From contig OZ246402.1 of the NCBI GenBank assembly GCA_965230975.1, positions 928,859 to 992,858 of the forward strand: a stretch of 64,000 nt of DNA, given 5' to 3'. How positions within the stretch are numbered: the stretch's first letter is position 1; the number at the start of each line of letters is the position of its first letter. Shown piece by piece: positions 41,304 to 50,520 of this stretch. The notes under the pieces were generated by a model. It was given only the letters and a program-made list of their open reading frames with translations, was not told the DNA's origin and searched no databases. Source of the DNA: an uncultured Candidatus Saccharibacteria bacterium. GTDB taxonomy: Bacteria > Patescibacteriota > Dojkabacteria > J137. The position numbers and the translations under genes were made by a program.

Positions 41304-43034
41304 ATGAACAGTCATAATTTTAATCAACCGAATCATAACGATGAGATTGAATATGCATCTTCGGTTGCTAACGATTTAGAAATGATGTATGCATGTCCAA
41401 ACTGTGGAAAAGTTGCTACTTTTAAAGATCATGCTTCCACTCAATGTTCGGCATGTGGCAGTGAAACTTTACCGCAAGATATTGCAAGATGTGAGATTAA
41501 TGCTAATAGCAGTTACTTTACTCATGTTTTAAATTATTCTGATATTGTTAAACAAAATGCAGATTTTGCTTTCTTAAGTAATAGAACATTAGATCTTTCA
41601 ATTTTAAGCACCTATACATTCGGTTATAAAACTCATTGGCTAAGATATCATTCTACAGTAACCGATGAAGTTGTTGAATTTACTGCTCAAAATATAGCCA
41701 CACAACTCGAAGAACAAAGAAAGATAGCAAATGCAATATTAAGTATTCCCAATAATTATTGGTTTGTTAGCGGTAATAATGAATCAACTCGAGGTACAGT
41801 TTTCTTTTCACACCCAAACGGTAGTTTTACAGCTTTAAGTTTAATGAAAAGCAGATCTTATAGGGAAGAGTGGTACACAGTAGATATAAGAAGATTTGAT
41901 AAGGCTCCATCTTCACTTAATGAGTTAACTGCAATATTCTCGGCATTTACTTTAAGTAAAAGTAACCTAGTTTCATCTGGACACGAAACTCACCTAGCAG
42001 AACACAAGACAGAACCAATATATCATTTAAGAAAACCAGAATATGCAACTCTTTTAAAAGATTTAGATAATCAGCAATTTGCGGTTTATAACTTATTAAC
42101 TCAAAAACATACAGCGATAGTTAGTGAAAGAGCAGGCGTACCTATCTTAAGAGATACACCAAAAGTAGATAGAGATACTCAAATAGAGATTAATAAAAAG
42201 CTTTATATTGATGACAAACTTAGTAAAGGCGTAGCTGTAGCTTGTGCAAGTTGCGGGAGCCCTATTAGTGGATACAAAGATCAGGTTTCTTTTTTAAGAT
42301 GTCCAAGATGTTCTTATATTACAGACTTGGTTGGGAGTGGCAGATTATCTAGGGAACTTTTAGATGCTAGAAAACCGTCCGAGACTTTTGTTCCTGCAGA
42401 TTACTTTTTACAACTTTTAACTAGTGCAGAACTAAGTGGTGGGCCAAAAGCTTCAAGAATTTTAGAATTACTAACTAGTAAAGCCCAATACTTGTCACAA
42501 GAAGAACAGCTAGAATTTGTAAATGCTATATCGTGGATTGCTGTAAAACACCCTTACTTAATGAGCTACTATAGGTACAAAACTAGATATGAAGATTATC
42601 CTAGCCATAATGGTGGTGTTTTCAATATAAATTTTCCTGATTCTTATGTTGTAGATAATGGGAATGTAATGGGTGGAAACCAATATTTAACTTTTAATGT
42701 TCCTACAGATTTACAAGGGAAGATACTTTCTATAACTTTTGGAGATTTTGATGATGGAGGACAAAAAGAACCAAATGAGTATTGGTGTAGAGTTAAATGT
42801 TCTTTATTTGATTCTTTTGATTTTGATTCTAGATTTGCAGCAAATGTAAATAGCTGGGGTCATCAACATGTTTATGGAGATGAAAGATATAAGAAAACAC
42901 ATTGGGCTGAGCACTTTGATAAGCCTATTCATTCTGGTTTTAACAAACCTACAGAAGGTCCTATATACAATCGAATAAGAATAGCTATGCAAAAAATGCC
43001 ACCTAAGAATTTCTTTCTTAATTCAAATAGTTAA
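41304..43034 (+). CDS. large hypothetical protein (576 aa) with two CxxC...CxxC zinc-ribbon-like motifs
   Basis: CPNCG...CSACG near the N-terminus and CASCG...CPRCS near residue 310. No other domain recognised. Confidence 0.5.
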   Translation: MNSHNFNQPNHNDEIEYASSVANDLEMMYACPNCGKVATFKDHASTQCSACGSETLPQDIARCEINANSSYFTHVLNYSDIVKQNADFAFLSNRTLDLSILSTYTFGYKTHWLRYHSTVTDEVVEFTAQNIATQLEEQRKIANAILSIPNNYWFVSGNNESTRGTVFFSHPNGSFTALSLMKSRSYREEWYTVDIRRFDKAPSSLNELTAIFSAFTLSKSNLVSSGHETHLAEHKTEPIYHLRKPEYATLLKDLDNQQFAVYNLLTQKHTAIVSERAGVPILRDTPKVDRDTQIEINKKLYIDDKLSKGVAVACASCGSPISGYKDQVSFLRCPRCSYITDLVGSGRLSRELLDARKPSETFVPADYFLQLLTSAELSGGPKASRILELLTSKAQYLSQEEQLEFVNAISWIAVKHPYLMSYYRYKTRYEDYPSHNGGVFNINFPDSYVVDNGNVMGGNQYLTFNVPTDLQGKILSITFGDFDDGGQKEPNEYWCRVKCSLFDSFDFDSRFAANVNSWGHQHVYGDERYKKTHWAEHFDKPIHSGFNKPTEGPIYNRIRIAMQKMPPKNFFLNSNS

Positions 43035-43035
43035 T

Positions 43036-43353
43036 TTATAGAGTTCTTTTAGCAGATACATCATCAATATATTTAATAAATTCTATAATTAACCAAGCCA
43101 ATAGCAAATATATTGCGATTGCTATAAGTGTAGAGAATTCAAATACAAATCTGCCATCTGCAACATATGGTTCAAAGATTCCTCTAAATGGTGAGAGAAG
43201 TGGGTTTGTAGAATTATATAAAAAGGCAACAAATGGGCTTTCTGTATTTGCTCCAAATAGTCTAAATAAAAATCTTAAAAGTAATCCTAGGGCTGCTAAT
43301 CCAAAAATAAAGTTTACTATGTAAACAAGCATTGAAGTTATGCTATATCTCAT
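43036..43353 (-). CDS. YggT-family small integral membrane protein
   Basis: Length 105 aa, two hydrophobic segments. The LRFLFRLFGAN...NPLLSPFRGIFEP pattern is typical of YggT/Ycf19. Confidence 0.55.
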   Translation of the reverse strand: MRYSITSMLVYIVNFIFGLAALGLLLRFLFRLFGANTESPFVAFLYNSTNPLLSPFRGIFEPYVADGRFVFEFSTLIAIAIYLLLAWLIIEFIKYIDDVSAKRTL

Positions 43354-43469
43354 AAAGAAAATATTAAAAAAATATATTATTAAGAATTTAACTTTTAAAA
43401 ATAAATTATTAACTAAAATAGTGCATTTTTTTTGTAAATTTCGTGTGTTAAAATCCCAATATTTAATTT

Positions 43470-44297
43470 ATGCAAATGTACCAACCAGAATTGGAAACAG
43501 TAGATACTTTACTGGATAGAGTTGATGAATTAGAAAATGATAGAGGAATTTTGAACGAAGGTCATAGGATTCATAGACTATATGAAATTCGCAACAGAAT
43601 GATCTTGGCAAAGTTAAACTTACAGGAGAGAGATGAATATGAGATAGCAAACGAGCTTATGGTTCCACAAGCTCAGCTTAACTATCAAATATCTAATTCT
43701 CAAAGAATTCTTTATTATTCTCCTGAACAACTTGAGCAAATCAGGAAAGGTTTTATTGAAATCTCGGAAAATATTGTAGACCTGCTTCTCCATGGATATA
43801 CTTTGAATGACCTTGACCTCAAAAAAGCAATACAAGAGTTCATGGTTTACAGGGATGAGCTTTGGTACTTTTTATATAAAGAAGATCGAACTACAGTAGA
43901 ATATTTTGATGGGATTATCACTTTTTTTAAAGCTTTTTGTAAAACCTTTCCAAATTTATATGAATATACTTTTTTTGAGTTAGCCTCTGAGACTTCTATA
44001 GAGGTCATAGAGCTTTGGGAGGAGTTTATGGATAGAGGCATATTAGGAGGAAGTGCTCTCAGCAAAGCAACAAAGGCACTTCAGATTAGTGCTAATGAAT
44101 TAATTAAATATGTTCCAATTGAAATTTTTAATTGTATGGTAGGTGTTTGTTGCATTTTAAGTAGTTTACGACCTGGTTTGATATATGAGTACTTTGCAGA
44201 GGATCTTGACGAAGAAAGTTTTAAAGGTTTATTGTTTGCACATGTTCAAGCCCAAGCCTGTGCGTACGATGACTATATAGAAAAAGTGAGAGTATAG
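43470..44297 (+). CDS. hypothetical protein (275 aa)
   Basis: ORF with ATG start. No motif recognised. Confidence 0.45.
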   Translation: MQMYQPELETVDTLLDRVDELENDRGILNEGHRIHRLYEIRNRMILAKLNLQERDEYEIANELMVPQAQLNYQISNSQRILYYSPEQLEQIRKGFIEISENIVDLLLHGYTLNDLDLKKAIQEFMVYRDELWYFLYKEDRTTVEYFDGIITFFKAFCKTFPNLYEYTFFELASETSIEVIELWEEFMDRGILGGSALSKATKALQISANELIKYVPIEIFNCMVGVCCILSSLRPGLIYEYFAEDLDEESFKGLLFAHVQAQACAYDDYIEKVRV

Positions 44298-44328
44298 TGC
44301 TAAATTTTGTAATTTTCCTTATGTTTTC

Positions 44329-44353
44329 AGTGCTAGTTTTAGCACTGTTTATG
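44329..44353 (+). terminator. terminator-like hairpin
   Basis: AGTGCTA-GTTT-TAGCACT stem-loop followed by GTTTATG, 30 nt after the stop of the 275-aa ORF. Confidence 0.4.
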
Positions 44354-44518
44354 TAGTGACTTAAATGAAAGAGTTGTTTTCAAGTAATGACTATAGCGAT
44401 CAGTTTACTAAAAGCATAGCATTTTTTATTTTCTGCTTAGTACTTTTGAAAATCTTTAGTATAATTAGGAACTTAAGCCAATACATTAAGTTTTAACAAT
44501 TGTTAATCTTAATAACGC

Positions 44519-44607
44519 GGAGGGGTACCCAAGTGGCTGAAGGGGCGGGTTTGCTAAATCCGTAGTAGGGCTTGTCCCTAGCGCAGGTTCGAATCCTGTT
44601 CCCTCCG
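44519..44607 (+). tRNA. tRNA-Ser (anticodon GCU), type II with long variable arm
   Basis: Manual fold: acceptor GGAGGGG/TCCCTCC, U8 A9, 3-bp D-stem CCC/GGG, anticodon stem CGGGT/ATCCG, loop TTGCTAA (U33-GCU-A37), about 20-nt variable arm, T-arm GCAGG-TTCGAAT-CCTGT. No encoded CCA. Confidence 0.8.
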
Positions 44608-44752
44608 TTCTCAAGTTTGGCACAAGTTAATATTGTGACAAATTTGAGCATTGATAGAAATAAGGATGAGAACAAGGTTCGTCTCTAATTTTCTTAATGA
44701 GCTACTTAAAACTATTTGGCGAATTCTAGAAAATTGAGATACCCGGATGGGT

Positions 44753-44770
44753 GAATCCTGTTCCCTCCGT
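44753..44770 (+). repeat. 18-bp direct repeat duplicating the 3' end of tRNA-Ser (att-like)
   Basis: GAATCCTGTTCCCTCCGT is identical to 44591-44608 (T-loop 3' side, T-stem, acceptor 3' strand). The upstream flank does not form a T-arm, so this is a fragment. Confidence 0.75.
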
Positions 44771-44926
44771 AGTTAAACCGCCTATTTTCTCTTTTATATG
44801 TGAATTAAAAATTAAATTAGCATCGAGCTAGGCCCTTAAGTGTTCCCAAACTTACCTTTCGACCCAGAGTGATATATACCCACAACATATGTTATTATTA
44901 ACTAGGAACATATTATCATAATCTTT

Positions 44927-46201
44927 ATGAACAGGGGAGGATTGGACGACTACGAGGAGCACGATTACGAAGACGATTCATTGCCAAATAGGCAAAATAA
45001 GGTAACAACCTTAGAGGAATTAGTTAATCAAGCACCAATACTTACTTCTAGAAAACTAAAAAGTTGGGCAGAAATTTATATTTTTTTAAATTCAGATCCA
45101 GATACTGACCCTCAATTGCCCAATCTGGAATTAGCATTGAAAAATCAACTGTATGAATTTGCCGACAAGATGCGAACACAAACCAGTCACCCAAACCCAG
45201 AGTGGTTTCCATTAATAGATATAATTTACAATATATACATTCTTAGGCACACATTAAAAAATATGCCTTTATGGATGGCTTCTTTTGATAGCTTTGAAAG
45301 CTTTATAGTACATTTTTTTCAAAATAATTTAACTAATAACATTAAACGTCTTTTAATTGGAGATATAAATTCCTTCATTAATATTTATGTAAAGACAAGG
45401 TGCTTGTTTGAAATTAGAGAAAACCAAGCAGATATAGAGGTTCGTGATTTTTATAATGCCAGTAACCGAAACTGGGTGGTATTACCCAACACTCAATTTA
45501 TTAGTCAACCAGGAGATTTAAATTATGTAGATGAGTCTATAATTGACGAATATATTCAAATACTAAATGATAAGCTGGAATTTGAGAGAGGGTTTATACA
45601 TGGATCTGGAAGTGCAGCACTTGAAGGTATTGCTAAAGAAAAGAAAATTTTATCTGCCAGAAAAGTTCTAAAGTCTTTTGCCGATATAAAAACAGGAGAA
45701 TGGGTTACACTAACCAGCATATATGCTGATGATCAAGAAGATTTACAAAGCAGGACACTTACAGATATATATGTTACAGCTGGCAACTCCCCGTACCTAG
45801 AATATACACTTAGGAGATGGTTTAATGAATCACCTATAGTATTTCATATCAATAAAAACAGACATCAAGAAACTCTAGTACATAAGGGTATGGATACCGA
45901 GACTTATGGTGAGAGAAAACTTCCCACTATTCACAATACTGGTGAAGGAATTATTATTGGCTCAGAAGTAGAGTTATCCGACATAGACTTTATTTATTGC
46001 GAGAAAGATTATCAGCCAGAAATGATTAAATGGTGCCAAGTTAATGCTCCACACATTAGAGTTGTCTCTATAGAAGCCAGAGAAGTAATTCATCAATATT
46101 CTGAATTTATTAATGCTTTAGCACATAATATGAAATTAACCCCTGCAGAGGTTCTTGAGTACTTAAAACAACTGTCAGCAACCAGGCAGAATCCAAATTA
46201 A
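44927..46201 (+). CDS. hypothetical protein (424 aa)
   Basis: Long ORF downstream of the tRNA/att-like repeat. No motif recognised. Confidence 0.45.
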   Translation: MNRGGLDDYEEHDYEDDSLPNRQNKVTTLEELVNQAPILTSRKLKSWAEIYIFLNSDPDTDPQLPNLELALKNQLYEFADKMRTQTSHPNPEWFPLIDIIYNIYILRHTLKNMPLWMASFDSFESFIVHFFQNNLTNNIKRLLIGDINSFINIYVKTRCLFEIRENQADIEVRDFYNASNRNWVVLPNTQFISQPGDLNYVDESIIDEYIQILNDKLEFERGFIHGSGSAALEGIAKEKKILSARKVLKSFADIKTGEWVTLTSIYADDQEDLQSRTLTDIYVTAGNSPYLEYTLRRWFNESPIVFHINKNRHQETLVHKGMDTETYGERKLPTIHNTGEGIIIGSEVELSDIDFIYCEKDYQPEMIKWCQVNAPHIRVVSIEAREVIHQYSEFINALAHNMKLTPAEVLEYLKQLSATRQNPN

Positions 46202-46482
46202 ACTAACTTCTTTCCCTTCAAATTCAAAGTACTTGACTCATCTCTATGCACACCTTTTGTGCCAACATGTTTATCACCAATTTCCGCACCATTCTTAATA
46301 ATATAAACAATTGCCATTGCATGACCTCGACCCAAACCAAAATCTTTTGCCAACCACGCAATAATTTCACCGGCTTTAGTTTTAGGATTATCAAAACCCT
46401 TCTCTTTAGCTAAATCAATAAACTCTTGTGGCGTTTTACCAGTTTTTTCTTCAATATTATCTAAATAAGCTTGAAAGGACAT
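46198..46482 (-). CDS. DUF4287-like small protein (94 aa)
   Basis: The MSFQAYLDNIEEKTGKTPQEF...GLGRGHAMAIV pattern resembles the DUF4287 family (recalled). Confidence 0.5.
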   Translation of the reverse strand: MSFQAYLDNIEEKTGKTPQEFIDLAKEKGFDNPKTKAGEIIAWLAKDFGLGRGHAMAIVYIIKNGAEIGDKHVGTKGVHRDESSTLNLKGKKLV

Positions 46483-46600
46483 AAATACAAATTAAAAATT
46501 AATACACCCAACTATTATATCAATTCAATTTTACATTATAACTATTGTGCATATTAGGTTTATTCTTTAAAATTTAACCAATACTTATTATTAAATCTTA

Positions 46601-47155
46601 ATGGATAAAGCTACCCAAACAATGATTGATAATTTAAGCAAGAATACAGGAAAAACATTAGAAGAGTGGATCAAAATTGTAAAAAATAGTGGCATAGAAA
46701 AGCATAAAGAGATAATCGACTTTTTGAAAAGTGAACACAAACTAACATACGGATTTGCAAACTTTATAGCACTTAAATCTAGAGGCACAGATTCTGGCTC
46801 TGCAGAAAACCCTGAAAGCTTAGTAGATAATCAATATAAAGACAAAGAGAGTCTTTTGCCAATCTACAAAAAACTAATAGAAGAGATTAAAAAATTTGGT
46901 AGTGATGTAGAAGTTGCACCCAAAAATGCATATGTCAGTTTAAGAAGAAAAAAACAATTTGCACTAATTCAACCATCTACAAAAGATAGAGTAGACTTAG
47001 GTTTAAATATTAAAGATAAGGATTTTACTGATAGATTAGAAAAATCTGGAAGCTTTAATGCAATGTGCACTCATAGAGTAAGACTTGAAAGTGTAGAGCA
47101 GGTAGATAGCGCAGTTATAGATTGGGTTAAAGATGCATATAATCAGGCCGGTTAA
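46601..47155 (+). CDS. DUF4287-like N-terminal domain protein with C-terminal extension (184 aa)
   Basis: N-terminus (TGKTLEEWIKIV...KHKEIIDFLKSEHKLTYGFANFIA) is paralogous to the divergent 94-aa ORF. Confidence 0.5.
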   Translation: MDKATQTMIDNLSKNTGKTLEEWIKIVKNSGIEKHKEIIDFLKSEHKLTYGFANFIALKSRGTDSGSAENPESLVDNQYKDKESLLPIYKKLIEEIKKFGSDVEVAPKNAYVSLRRKKQFALIQPSTKDRVDLGLNIKDKDFTDRLEKSGSFNAMCTHRVRLESVEQVDSAVIDWVKDAYNQAG

Positions 47156-47163
47156 GTTAATTA

Positions 47164-47556
47164 TTGAATATGAAAAAATATAAAACTGTTCGAGAATTTT
47201 TAGCCGACCTAGATTCTGTAAGAAAATCAGAAGTTGAATTACTTAGGGAAATTATTCTAAACCTTGGAATTCCATTACAAGAAAATATAAAGTGGAATGC
47301 TCCAAACTATGTTTACAGTGGTATAGATAGGATTACATTTAACACAATGAATAAAGATGGCACAGTAAAGTTGATTATTCATATGGGTACAGCAAAAAAG
47401 GAAGATAAGAAAGCCGCTCCAATTATGCAAAATGCACATGTAGATATTTTTTGGAATTCAAATATTAGAGGAACAATAACTTTTGATGGGGTAGAGGATA
47501 TTCAATCTAAGAAAAATAAACTCAAAGAAACATTAGTTGAATGGCTAAAGTTATGA
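47164..47556 (+). CDS. DUF1801/YdhG-like small protein (130 aa)
   Basis: Pattern-level resemblance only. Confidence 0.4.
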   Translation: MNMKKYKTVREFLADLDSVRKSEVELLREIILNLGIPLQENIKWNAPNYVYSGIDRITFNTMNKDGTVKLIIHMGTAKKEDKKAAPIMQNAHVDIFWNSNIRGTITFDGVEDIQSKKNKLKETLVEWLKL

Positions 47557-47580
47557 GTTTAATTTTGCTAAAATATTACT

Positions 47581-47889
47581 ATGTCAAATCAAAAAATTAG
47601 TAGCGGAACAGTTCATAAACTTACAAGCGATATTAAAACAGCTTTAAATTCGGATTCAAAAGCACACGAAGCGTGGGAAAAACTAACACCATTAGCTCGA
47701 AATGAGTGGATTTGTTGGGTAACCTTTGTAAAACAAGAAAAAACTAGAGAAGAGCATGTAAAAAGAATGATTTCAGAACTTAAAGAAGGTAAAAAAAGAC
47801 CATGTTGTTGGTTAGGGTGCATTCATAGAACAGATAAAGAAATTAGCCCTTCGGTTAAGGGGATACTTAGTAAAAAAAGTAAGAAATAG
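47581..47889 (+). CDS. YdeI/OmpD-associated-family-like small protein (102 aa)
   Basis: C-terminal CCWLGCIHR Cys motif and LTPLARNEWICWV resemble the YdeI family (recalled). Confidence 0.45.
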   Translation: MSNQKISSGTVHKLTSDIKTALNSDSKAHEAWEKLTPLARNEWICWVTFVKQEKTREEHVKRMISELKEGKKRPCCWLGCIHRTDKEISPSVKGILSKKSKK

Positions 47890-47951
47890 TGGATCTTACA
47901 TAAAACTTTCCATAATTGTATAATCACATTATTACTTCTTAAACCTTTTGC

Positions 47952-48551
47952 ATGATTAAAGCAGTAGTATTTGACTTAGATGGAGTTTATTTTGAAGGTG
48001 GTACTGAAAAATTTATAGAAAGCTTAATTACCAACTACTCACTTACTAAAGATCAGATTGTTGCTGTCTACTTAAAAAGCCAAGAGATGCAAAAATACAA
48101 GAGAGGTGAGATTGATAGTGATAACTTTTGGCACTATGCACTTAAGGAATGGGGAATTAATACAACTAGAGAAGAGATTGTAAAACTATTAATAGACTCT
48201 TACTCTATTAACCCGCAAACCGAAGAATTTGTAAAAGAATTAAAAGCAAAAGGAATTAAAACTGCTATTTGTACAAATAACTTTCCAGATAGATTTGAAA
48301 ATTTAAAAACAAAATTTAATTTAGATACAAACTTTGATGTAATAGTAACTTCTTATCAAGAAGGTATAACAAAACCAACTGATGAAATCTTTAAAATCTT
48401 AGCTGAAAGACTAGGATTACAACCAAACGAAATTTTAATGAGTGATGATAGAGAAGCAAACGTAGAAGCATTACAAAGACTTGGTTTTGAAGCATTCCTT
48501 TATCAAGGATTAGCTGATTTCATTGTAAGAGTTAATATATTATTAGCATGA
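47952..48551 (+). CDS. HAD-superfamily hydrolase (199 aa)
   Basis: N-terminal VVFDLDGV motif I (DxDG) and downstream Lys/Asp motifs consistent with a HAD phosphatase. Confidence 0.7.
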   Translation: MIKAVVFDLDGVYFEGGTEKFIESLITNYSLTKDQIVAVYLKSQEMQKYKRGEIDSDNFWHYALKEWGINTTREEIVKLLIDSYSINPQTEEFVKELKAKGIKTAICTNNFPDRFENLKTKFNLDTNFDVIVTSYQEGITKPTDEIFKILAERLGLQPNEILMSDDREANVEALQRLGFEAFLYQGLADFIVRVNILLA

Positions 48552-48647
48552 ATATATGTCAGTAAAAGCTTTATTAGCAGAAGGATTACATAATGGGTTT
48601 GCAGGATCAACTCAAACAGACAAACTTAGTAAAGGAGAATTAGTCAA

Positions 48648-49436
48648 ATGCAACTAAAAAAGATTACCTTAAATACAAAAGTAGAATCAAATGTATATCC
48701 TTTTAATGTACCTTTCTTAAAAAACCTAAAGGAAATTAACTTTGAAAAACAAATAACTATATTAGTAGGGGAAAATGGCTCGGGAAAATCTACATTAATA
48801 GAAGGTTTGGCAATGGCTTGCAATTTACCGACCATTGGAGATATAGATATAAAAAGGGATAAGACACTTAGCTCTGCTAAGGACTTAGCCGAAGAAATAA
48901 CTTTAAGCTGGGGAATTAGAAATCATAGGGGGTTTTTTATGCGAGCTGAAGACTTTTTTGGATTTCAAAAACGAATTGCTCAGTCGCAAGCAGAATTAAA
49001 AGAACAGGAGGAAGAGTTTAACGTCAAATTCACAGGATATGCAAAGCTACTAGCCACTGGAGCAGCAAAAGCGCAAAGGCAAGGATTAGAAAGTAGATAC
49101 GGCGAGAATCCCGACGCCTTTTCTCATGGCGAAAGTTTTTTAAACTTGTTTATTCAAAGACTTGTACCAGAAGGCCTATATATTCTTGATGAACCAGAAG
49201 TACCCCTCTCACCACAAAGACAATTGTCTTTAATTTCTTTAATAAAAAAACAGATTGATTTGAATTCTCAATTTATTATTGCAACACATTCACCTATATT
49301 GATGGCACTACCCAACGCTGATATTCTCGAAATAAAAAATGGACAAATTAATAAAGTTAAATATTCAGACTTAGAGCACGTCTCATTAATGAGAGATTTC
49401 TTGAGTAACCCTGAAACATTTATAAGATTCTTATAA
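48648..49436 (+). CDS. small stand-alone AAA/ABC-type ATPase (COG3910-like, 262 aa)
   Basis: Walker A GENGSGKST, Q-loop-like region, degenerate signature FSHGESF, Walker B YILDEPEVPLS, H-loop ATHSP. No transmembrane or nuclease domain. Confidence 0.7.
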   Translation: MQLKKITLNTKVESNVYPFNVPFLKNLKEINFEKQITILVGENGSGKSTLIEGLAMACNLPTIGDIDIKRDKTLSSAKDLAEEITLSWGIRNHRGFFMRAEDFFGFQKRIAQSQAELKEQEEEFNVKFTGYAKLLATGAAKAQRQGLESRYGENPDAFSHGESFLNLFIQRLVPEGLYILDEPEVPLSPQRQLSLISLIKKQIDLNSQFIIATHSPILMALPNADILEIKNGQINKVKYSDLEHVSLMRDFLSNPETFIRFL

Positions 49437-50441
49437 ATCCGTAAATATCAATAAAGCTAATAAAGTTACTGTTATTACAAACGAAACAGCACCTCCAAGC
49501 AAAAACATAGTTTTAAAAGGCTTAGTAGACAACACCTCAATATTTTCAAACTTAATATTTTCTATCTCTTTAACTAACTCCTCTTGATTATTTACACTAC
49601 TAAAATGACCTGGACTGTCAGACACAAAATGCTGAGCATAAGGAAAGCAGGCCAACTTAGAAGGAGTCTTTTTAAACAAACCCGGAAACCAAGAATTAAC
49701 TTCTAACTTCAAACTATCAAGTGGCATTTCCCAACCTTTTTCTACCTCTAACGGGTCAAACTTTAAAGAAAAAATACTAGCATCTCCACCTTCTGAAAGC
49801 TCCCTACCATAACCAATAGAAAGATTACCCTCTAACCACAATCTGTAATCCATTGGCTTAAACTTTCCAACAGTAATATCACTCTCAAAAACAATTGCTC
49901 TTGATTTATCATCCCTTGTAACATCTACAATCAAAGTTCCTCTATGTGTTGTAGATACAACAGCTTTAGTACTGTTAGGAGACTTTAAACCATACTTTTT
50001 ATCGTAACTTATTGTATTAGAATCGTAATCAACAATAATCCAACTCATTAAACCGGTTTTATCATCCTCTGCAATTATATAAAATTCTACACGTGATCCC
50101 CAAAAAGCACTTGTGTGTGCAGTAAAACAACCAAAAATACAATAATATTTTGGATCGTCATAATCAAAAATCTTAGTTTTAACTAAAGAAAAACCAGTAG
50201 GAAGAAGGTTTTTTGCCATTTCTAAATCTTCAATTTCATAACACAAAAAATACGCATATGGTTCTACAACAAAACCCATAAATGGCTTTGATTTAGATGA
50301 AGATTTAATAAACATTTCCTGAACAGCACGAGGTAAAAGCTTATTAAAGCCCTGCATAAAATGCAAAGTACCAACATCCATGGGGTTAATTAGGCGTTCT
50401 ACACCTTTGGTAAAGTTTTTTACATTATTAGTGTTAATCAT
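49431..50441 (-). CDS. hypothetical tail-anchored protein (336 aa, single C-terminal TM helix)
   Basis: C-terminal FLLGGAVSFVITVTLLALLIFTDL. Its 3' end overlaps the ATPase gene tail-to-tail by 6 nt. Confidence 0.45.
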   Translation of the reverse strand: MINTNNVKNFTKGVERLINPMDVGTLHFMQGFNKLLPRAVQEMFIKSSSKSKPFMGFVVEPYAYFLCYEIEDLEMAKNLLPTGFSLVKTKIFDYDDPKYYCIFGCFTAHTSAFWGSRVEFYIIAEDDKTGLMSWIIVDYDSNTISYDKKYGLKSPNSTKAVVSTTHRGTLIVDVTRDDKSRAIVFESDITVGKFKPMDYRLWLEGNLSIGYGRELSEGGDASIFSLKFDPLEVEKGWEMPLDSLKLEVNSWFPGLFKKTPSKLACFPYAQHFVSDSPGHFSSVNNQEELVKEIENIKFENIEVLSTKPFKTMFLLGGAVSFVITVTLLALLIFTDL

Positions 50442-50520
50442 AAATAGAGAAAGTTAAATTGTGAATAGAATATAGTATATACTAAAATAGAATTACGGTT
50501 AATTATTATATTAAGTATTT

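Noticed and set aside
44493-44675. 60-aa minus-strand ORF overlapping tRNA-Ser
   Set aside because: It overlaps a confidently folded tRNA gene on the opposite strand. Not credible.
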